A DNA stretch of 64,000 nt, taken from NCBI RefSeq assembly GCF_016463645.1, contig NZ_JAEMQX010000010.1, positions 1,165 through 65,164 of the forward strand, in the 5' to 3' direction. The stretch is from Sphingopyxis sp. GTDB taxonomy: Bacteria; Pseudomonadota; Alphaproteobacteria; Sphingomonadales; Sphingomonadaceae. The stretch's first letter is position 1. Each line of letters opens with the position of its first letter. This document shows, in pieces, positions 57,871 to 64,000 of this stretch. The notes under the pieces were generated by a model, which saw only the letters and a program-made list of their open reading frames with translations, made no database searches and was not told the origin of the DNA. The position numbers were made by a program, and so were the translations under genes.

Positions 57871-59964
57871 ATGCTGAGGCAATATGAACTTGTCGAGCGC
57901 GTGCGCGCTTATGATCCCGACGTCGACGAGGCGCTGCTCAACCGCGCCTATGTGTTCACCGTGCAGAAGCACGGCAGTCAGAAGCGCGCCTCGGGTGACC
58001 CCTATTTCAGCCATCCCGTCGAGGTGGCGGGCATTTTGACCGACCTTCATCTCGACAGCGAGACGATCGTCACCGCGCTGCTCCACGACACGCTGGAGGA
58101 CACGCTGACGACGCCCGAGGAGATCGAGCGGCTGTTCGGCAGCGACGTCGGCCGCCTCGTCGACGGGGTGACGAAGCTTTCGAAGATCGAGGCGCAGACC
58201 GAAAATGAGCGCGCCGCCGAGAATCTGCGCAAATTCCTGCTCGCCATGTCGGACGATATCCGCGTGCTGCTCGTCAAGCTCGCCGACCGGCTGCACAATA
58301 TGCGCACGCTGCATTTCATCACGAATCCCGACAAGCGCCGCCGCATCGCCAAGGAGACGATGGACATCTATGCCCCGCTCGCCGAGCGGATCGGCATGTA
58401 TGAATATATGCGCGAGATGCAGTTGCTTGCCTTCCGCGAGCTCGAGCCCGAGGCCTATGCCACGATCACCGGCCGCCTCGCCAAACTGACCGCGGGGGGC
58501 AAGGACAAGGTCGCGGCGATCAGCCGCGAGTTCAAGGATCTGCTGGCCGCCGCGGGGATCGAGGCCGAGGTTTCAGGGCGCGAGAAGCATCCCTATTCGA
58601 TCTGGCGCAAGATGCAGGAGCGCCACGTCAGCTTCGAGCAGGTGACCGACATCATCGCCTTTCGCATCGTCACCCCGACCGATGCCGACTGCTACGCCGC
58701 ATTGGGCCTGATCCATCGCAAATGGAAAATGGTCCCGGGGCGCTTCAAGGACTATATCTCGACCCCCAAACGCAACGGCTACAAGTCGCTGCACACGACG
58801 ATCATGCACCAGCAGAACATGCGGATCGAGATCCAGATCCGCAGCCTCGGCATGCATCAGCAGTCCGAATTCGGTCTCGCCGCGCACTGGGCGTACAAGC
58901 AAGGCGGCGCGGCGCCCGACGGGCAGGCCGGGTGGATTCGCGATTTGCTCGAAATCCTCGAGCAGACGCACGATCCCGAAGAGTTCCTCGAAAACACGCG
59001 CATCGCGATGTATCAGGACCGCATCTTCGCCTTCACCCCGAAAGGCAGCCTGCACCAGTTGCCCAAGGGCGCGACCCCGGTCGATTTCGCCTATGCCGTG
59101 CATACCGGGCTTGGCGACCGCACCGTGGGCGCCAAGGTCAACGGCCGGCTGGTGCCCCTGCGCACGCAGCTGGCCAACGGCGATACGGTCGAAATCCTCT
59201 CGTCCGACAAACAGACGCCTCAGCCCGCATGGCTCGGCTTTGCGGTGACCGGCAAGGCGCGCGCCGCGATCCGCCGCCATGTCCGCTCGAAGGAAAAGGT
59301 CGAACTCGCCGCGCTTGGCCGCAAGATGTACGACGAGATCGTCGCGCGGCTGCCCAACAAGGTCGGCGACAAGGCGCGCGCCGCGGCGCTGACCCGGCTC
59401 AAGCTCGACGACGATGCCGCGCTCTATGTCGCGATCGCCAAGCAGAGGCTGACCGACAATGCGGTACTCGAGGCGCTCGTCCCCGGTATCACCGCCGAAA
59501 TGAAGACCAAACCCGGCAAGCTCGTGCAGGGCGCCGCGGTGTCGATCGCGGGGCTGACTCCGGGCGTCGCCTATCAGCTCGCCGATTGCTGCCATCCGGT
59601 TCCGGGCGACCGTATCGTCGGCCTGTCGCGCCCCGGCGAGGGGATCGAGGTCCATGTCATCGACTGCCCGAAGCTCGCCGACGGGATCGACGCCGACTGG
59701 ATCGACCTGCGCTGGCAGGAGGACAGCGAGGGCGGCAATGCGCGGCTGTGCATCGTCATTCTCAACGAGCCCGGCACGCTCGCCGAAATGTCGGGCATCC
59801 TCGCCGCCAATTCGGCGAACATCACCAATTTGCGCCTGTCGAACCGCGAGGGCGGCTTCCATACCTATGACGTCGTCGTCGAGGTGCGCGATGTGCAGCA
59901 TGTGATGCGCATCCTGTCGGCGCTGCGTGCGTCGGACAGCGTGGTGCAGGCCGAGCGGCTTTAG
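57871..59964 (+). CDS. spoT: Bifunctional (p)ppGpp synthetase/hydrolase RelA/SpoT (Rsh)
   Basis: HD domain (ALLHDTLED); GREKHPYS; NGYKSLHT; TGS (TPVDFAYAVHT); CC.P.PGD; ACT. Confidence 0.97.
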   Translation: MLRQYELVERVRAYDPDVDEALLNRAYVFTVQKHGSQKRASGDPYFSHPVEVAGILTDLHLDSETIVTALLHDTLEDTLTTPEEIERLFGSDVGRLVDGVTKLSKIEAQTENERAAENLRKFLLAMSDDIRVLLVKLADRLHNMRTLHFITNPDKRRRIAKETMDIYAPLAERIGMYEYMREMQLLAFRELEPEAYATITGRLAKLTAGGKDKVAAISREFKDLLAAAGIEAEVSGREKHPYSIWRKMQERHVSFEQVTDIIAFRIVTPTDADCYAALGLIHRKWKMVPGRFKDYISTPKRNGYKSLHTTIMHQQNMRIEIQIRSLGMHQQSEFGLAAHWAYKQGGAAPDGQAGWIRDLLEILEQTHDPEEFLENTRIAMYQDRIFAFTPKGSLHQLPKGATPVDFAYAVHTGLGDRTVGAKVNGRLVPLRTQLANGDTVEILSSDKQTPQPAWLGFAVTGKARAAIRRHVRSKEKVELAALGRKMYDEIVARLPNKVGDKARAAALTRLKLDDDAALYVAIAKQRLTDNAVLEALVPGITAEMKTKPGKLVQGAAVSIAGLTPGVAYQLADCCHPVPGDRIVGLSRPGEGIEVHVIDCPKLADGIDADWIDLRWQEDSEGGNARLCIVILNEPGTLAEMSGILAANSANITNLRLSNREGGFHTYDVVVEVRDVQHVMRILSALRASDSVVQAERL

Positions 59965-62900
59965 TTCGCGTACAGCAAAGGCGGCCGCCAGGCATTCTGG
60001 TCGACCTCGTCGCTGACCTTGTAGACCATGCCCTTGCTGTTCAGGAACAGCTTCTCCATTTCGGGCCGCGTGAACGGCCGCGAGCCGACACGCCCGAAGA
60101 CCGCCATCTGGCCGCCCGTTTCGTCAACCGCGCGGTCGCGGTCGAGGCCCTTCGAGAGCGCGAGCGCAGGTGAGGGCGTCTTCGCCCAAGCAATCAGCTC
60201 GGGGGTCGGCTTCGGCGAGAAGCCGTAGAGGCCGGGATTGTCGGGGCTGGTCAGCTGCAGCACCTTGATGCCGTTCCGCCCGTCGGCGACGTAACCGAAG
60301 AGCGACGCGTTGGTCGATGCGACGATCACATCCTCGGCATCGTTGAGCGCGCCGCCGAACGTCAGCCCCGGCCACACGATCGGCGCCGCGGGGCGCGTCA
60401 CATCGACGATGACGAGCCCGTCGGCCTTCGCCGCGACATACATATAGGTGCGCGCGAGATAGATTTTCCGCGCATTGGCGAGCCGCACCGTGCCCGCGGG
60501 CACGGCGACCGGCTGCGCAAGATTGGTGACGTCGAACAGCTTCACCCCCTCGGCATCGGTGACCCAGAGATAGCGGAACTGGAGGGCACTCGCGCGCGCG
60601 TCGGTCAGCGGTAGCTGCGCCGTGACCTTCGGCTGGAGCGGGGTCGAGAGGTCGAGCACGACGAGCCCTGCATCGGTCGTGACATAGGCCATGCTGCCCG
60701 CGAGCGTCACATGCCGCGCGCCCGCGAGAACATTGCCCTCGTTCCATGTCAGCGCACGCTTGAACCTGTTGTTGCGGAATTCGCCGTCGGCCAGCGTGTC
60801 GATGTCGACGAGGACCAGCCCTTCGACGCTGTCGGTGATCACGGCGTAACGATAGATGTCGTGCATCACCTGTTCGTGATTCTCGGGGAAATTCTTTACG
60901 ATATTCTCGTTGCGGCTGACGCTGACCGGCTGCGTCGTCGCGATCGCCATGCAGGTTGCGTTGCTCGTTTTGACATGCGTGTTCTGGCCGAGCGGCGAGA
61001 AGGGCGCGCGGACGATGCGTTCGGAGAAGCCCTTGTTGCCGATCGACGCGATGTCATAAACGCGGAAACCGCCCTTGCCCTCGGCAACGAACATATATTC
61101 GCCGCGCTGCTGCAGGCAGTTCACCCGGCCGCTCGTGCCCTGAACGATATTGGCGAATTCCTCGAGCGCGTGCGTTTCGCCGGAGCCTTGTCTGTCGAAG
61201 GTCTTGCCGCGCACCCAGTTCTTGAGCTCGCGGCCGTTCTGTTCGACGTGCAGCTTCCAATAATCGGGATAGGCATATTTCTGCAGATAGCTGCCGATCA
61301 CCGCCTGCGGCTCGTCCCATTCGGTGACGCGCGTCGCCTGAAAGCCGCTATCGAGTCCCGACCAGACGTTCAAACCGACGAAGTTGACGAAATTGGTGCC
61401 GAGCAGATTGAGCTGCGCCATGATCGCATTATTGTCGTCGGCGGCCGACAAATGGCAATCGCTGCACTGCTTGGTTTCGGAGCGGCGTACCGTGTGCGGG
61501 AAATGCGGCGCGAAGGCCTGGCTCGAATAGCCCGCCGACGAGATCGGCGGCTGCTGCACATAGATGCGTTCGCGATTGATGTTGGTCGACGACAGCACGA
61601 GCGCCGAGGTCGAGCGCACCGGGGTGATGATACCGCGTGCTTCGCCATTCGGGCCCGGCTCACCGGGCTTGGTAAGCTGGTGCCGGCCGAGCTGGAACAT
61701 CTCGTCGCGCGCCACCTGCGGGTTGTAGGTCGCGAAGTTGCGCGTCTCCTCACCCTCGAAATGGTGCATCTTGGTCTTCCAGTTCGCCTCGATCGGCAAA
61801 TGGCAGCCGCCGCAGCTCGTGGTCCAACTTAGGTGACAGGTGAAACAGGTCATCTTGTCGTCGCCGTGCGCGCGATCCTCCTTGGCGACGCCCGGCCCCC
61901 ATTCGAACTTGCCGTCTTCCGACCCCGCGCGCGCCATCAACTTGGCGCGCGCCGCCTTGGCGTTGAAATGCGGCCCCGGCGTAACCGCCTGCTTGACGAG
62001 GCTGACCTGCCATTCGAGCTTCGGATCGACGATCGAACGCTGGATCAGCCCGATCACCTCGGCATCGTCATTATACTGGAATTCGAAACGTCGCCGCCCG
62101 TCGGGATTGCGCAGCAACGCGAGATTATTGCCCTGCGGCCGCGCCGCGACGTTCGAGGTCAAGAGGTTCGGGAAGGCGTCGGCGGTGCCGTGGCAATCCT
62201 TGCAGCTGATCTCGACCGCGTTCGCGACTTCGCCCTGGATATAGCCGTTGCCGTGGCTGTCCTGCGCGAAGTGACAGTCGGCGCATTGCATGCCCTTTTC
62301 GGCATGGATGTCCATCATATGGACGGCCTTGCCGGGATTGATCCCGGGCGGCACGAACTTGCCCTCGATCCCCGGCTGGCCCGGATCGGCGCTCGACAGG
62401 CAGAGGTCGCGCTCCTTGGGATCGGTATAATGGCTGCAGCTCTTGCGCCACTTTTCGGGGTCCTTCGGGTCGATGATGTTCGCGGTGTCGGTGCCATAGG
62501 TCGACATATTGCCGTCGGCGGTCAGCAGATTGCCGCTGCGGTCGCGCTTGAAGATGCCGCGGAAGTTCCAGCCGTGGCCATGATAATCGGCGAACTGCGT
62601 GTCCTTGTTGCTGTCGTTGACGTCATAGACGTCGCGCAGGAACTCGACGTCGGCCCAGAGGCCGCGCGCCGCCGCCGCCTCGGGATTGCGTTCGAGCACC
62701 TGATGCACCTCGGCAGCGGTGGGATAGCGCTGCTGTTTGTATTTCTTTCGATATTCCTCGTCGCCCATCCCCGGCGGACGCGGCGCGGTGTTGTCGGGAC
62801 CCGGCCACATCTGCGGCGCGTCGGACTCATAGTCCCACATCGTGTAGCCGAGATACGAGTTCAGGAAGATGTTCGGCTGGTGCATGTGGCACGACATGCA

Positions 62901-64000
62901 CTGCGATGTCGGGATCGCGCGGGTGAACGCATGACTGATCGGGTGACCCGATTCGCCGCGTGCCGGTGATCCGGGACGTGCCGGAACGTCGGGATCGGCA
63001 GGATCGATCAGCGCGCCATGGCCGCCACCGGCATCATGGCCGTCACCTGCACCATGCGCGTCACCGCCGTGCCCGCCTTCGGGCTTCCATTTCTTCCCCG
63101 GGATCGTTGGATCGACCGTCGCCGTCTCGCCGTCGCGGCCGAACTTCGCATAAGTCAGGCTGTGCCGTGGCTCGCGGTCGTTGGCGTAGATGACGTGGCA
63201 GCCCGAACAGCCCGAATGGCGATAGTCGCCGGGCTGGTCGTTCGTCCCCATGAACCATGACAGCGGATCGTTGAGGCGCGTCTTGTGGATGTTGAGCACC
63301 GGGATCGAGACGCGGAGACCGGTGCCGGGGCCGCGGTTCGATTGCTTGAGATCGGGGCGTCCCGGTTCCTCGAGCCGCTGGATGCTGCCGGTGGGGTTGG
63401 GCAGACCGATTTCGGGGAATTGCGTGTTGATGTTGCGCCCGCCGCGTTCGAACACGCGGAACACGTCGCCCGGCGGCAGCACGCTCCAGCGCGGCAGCGG
63501 ATACATTTTGGCGAGCGCGCCGCGTTTTTTCTCTTCGTCGGTCAGGATCTTGTCGAAACCGAAGCCCGGCTTGCACGCTTCCTTATATTCCTCGGCGGTC
63601 AGCCGCGACGAAGGCGAGAGGATGCAGGCGGGCTCGCCGGTGCGCGTATAGGCTTCGCCGAAGATATAATTTTTATAGGGGACGATGCCGTTGTTGTACG
63701 CGGCGCCGCCCCATAGCATCGCGCCCGTCGACATCATCGAACGCTCGGTCGCCTCGATCACCTCGAGGTGGCACGCACCGCACGCCTCGCGCGCGACGCG
63801 ATAGTCACCGGGGTTCACGAAGCGGATGAATTCGGGCGATTCCTTGTTGAGCAGCGTATAGCTGCGCTGCGGATTCGCCGAGCTGTCGTGCCACGCGCCG
63901 GGCAGCGTCGGCTGCGGATGCGCGAGTTTCATCACCGCCTTGTTCGTCGGGTGCTGGTAGCCGAGGCCGGGGGTGCCGTGCTGGCTCGCGTCGCCGCCGT
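59961..64000 (-). CDS. Very large multiheme c-type cytochrome with C-terminal LVIVD-repeat propeller (5'-truncated)
   Basis: Eight CxxCH motifs visible; about six LVIVD-like repeats; the frame stays open to the window edge (xAC-GGDASQH, probably the end of a further CxxCH). Confidence 0.88.
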   Translation of the reverse strand, partial: GGDASQHGTPGLGYQHPTNKAVMKLAHPQPTLPGAWHDSSANPQRSYTLLNKESPEFIRFVNPGDYRVAREACGACHLEVIEATERSMMSTGAMLWGGAAYNNGIVPYKNYIFGEAYTRTGEPACILSPSSRLTAEEYKEACKPGFGFDKILTDEEKKRGALAKMYPLPRWSVLPPGDVFRVFERGGRNINTQFPEIGLPNPTGSIQRLEEPGRPDLKQSNRGPGTGLRVSIPVLNIHKTRLNDPLSWFMGTNDQPGDYRHSGCSGCHVIYANDREPRHSLTYAKFGRDGETATVDPTIPGKKWKPEGGHGGDAHGAGDGHDAGGGHGALIDPADPDVPARPGSPARGESGHPISHAFTRAIPTSQCMSCHMHQPNIFLNSYLGYTMWDYESDAPQMWPGPDNTAPRPPGMGDEEYRKKYKQQRYPTAAEVHQVLERNPEAAAARGLWADVEFLRDVYDVNDSNKDTQFADYHGHGWNFRGIFKRDRSGNLLTADGNMSTYGTDTANIIDPKDPEKWRKSCSHYTDPKERDLCLSSADPGQPGIEGKFVPPGINPGKAVHMMDIHAEKGMQCADCHFAQDSHGNGYIQGEVANAVEISCKDCHGTADAFPNLLTSNVAARPQGNNLALLRNPDGRRRFEFQYNDDAEVIGLIQRSIVDPKLEWQVSLVKQAVTPGPHFNAKAARAKLMARAGSEDGKFEWGPGVAKEDRAHGDDKMTCFTCHLSWTTSCGGCHLPIEANWKTKMHHFEGEETRNFATYNPQVARDEMFQLGRHQLTKPGEPGPNGEARGIITPVRSTSALVLSSTNINRERIYVQQPPISSAGYSSQAFAPHFPHTVRRSETKQCSDCHLSAADDNNAIMAQLNLLGTNFVNFVGLNVWSGLDSGFQATRVTEWDEPQAVIGSYLQKYAYPDYWKLHVEQNGRELKNWVRGKTFDRQGSGETHALEEFANIVQGTSGRVNCLQQRGEYMFVAEGKGGFRVYDIASIGNKGFSERIVRAPFSPLGQNTHVKTSNATCMAIATTQPVSVSRNENIVKNFPENHEQVMHDIYRYAVITDSVEGLVLVDIDTLADGEFRNNRFKRALTWNEGNVLAGARHVTLAGSMAYVTTDAGLVVLDLSTPLQPKVTAQLPLTDARASALQFRYLWVTDAEGVKLFDVTNLAQPVAVPAGTVRLANARKIYLARTYMYVAAKADGLVIVDVTRPAAPIVWPGLTFGGALNDAEDVIVASTNASLFGYVADGRNGIKVLQLTSPDNPGLYGFSPKPTPELIAWAKTPSPALALSKGLDRDRAVDETGGQMAVFGRVGSRPFTRPEMEKLFLNSKGMVYKVSDEVDQNAWRPPLLYAN

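Overview
High-GC alphaproteobacterial DNA; the gene content suggests Sphingomonadaceae, probably Sphingopyxis (inference). It has two parts. (1) Positions 1 to ~45266 are a heavy-metal resistance island of at least 45 kb that abuts the 3' end of tRNA-Gly(GCC) at 45267-45341; its left end and any integrase lie outside the window. It carries copAB, a CnrYXH-like ECF module, copCD, a Cu(I) P1B-1 ATPase, cusCBA+cusF, two MerR units (merT-like + Cys-rich GDCCVxC protein; short CDF + cytochrome c-FTR1 fusion), two paralogous AraC + SAM-methyltransferase pairs, dsbB/dsbA, an orphan AcrB-type RND, a CzcP-like P1B-4 ATPase and two divergent czcCBA-type systems. (2) Positions ~45600-64000 are core chromosome: cnoX-like, LON-domain protein, sigma-like protein, Ubi hydroxylase, ftsK, lolA, xth, ribA, a LytS/LytTR pair, hxlR, CC_3452-like, spoT, and a very large multiheme cytochrome c-LVIVD protein cut by the right edge. 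Most interesting signals: each of the three metal RND operons is led by a small secreted His/Cys leader ORF ending in a Pro-Pro motif, and in both czc operons the stop-codon region base-pairs with the next gene's Shine-Dalgarno, suggesting a metal-sensing leader/ribosome-stalling switch. Other notable signals are a four-copy ECF promoter (YGAGGGN-N13-YGCGTAT) linking the Cnr-like sigma factor to copper genes, the duplicated AraC-methyltransferase module with a shared DNA motif, and the multiheme-LVIVD protein. All annotations come from reading motifs by eye; no searches were run.
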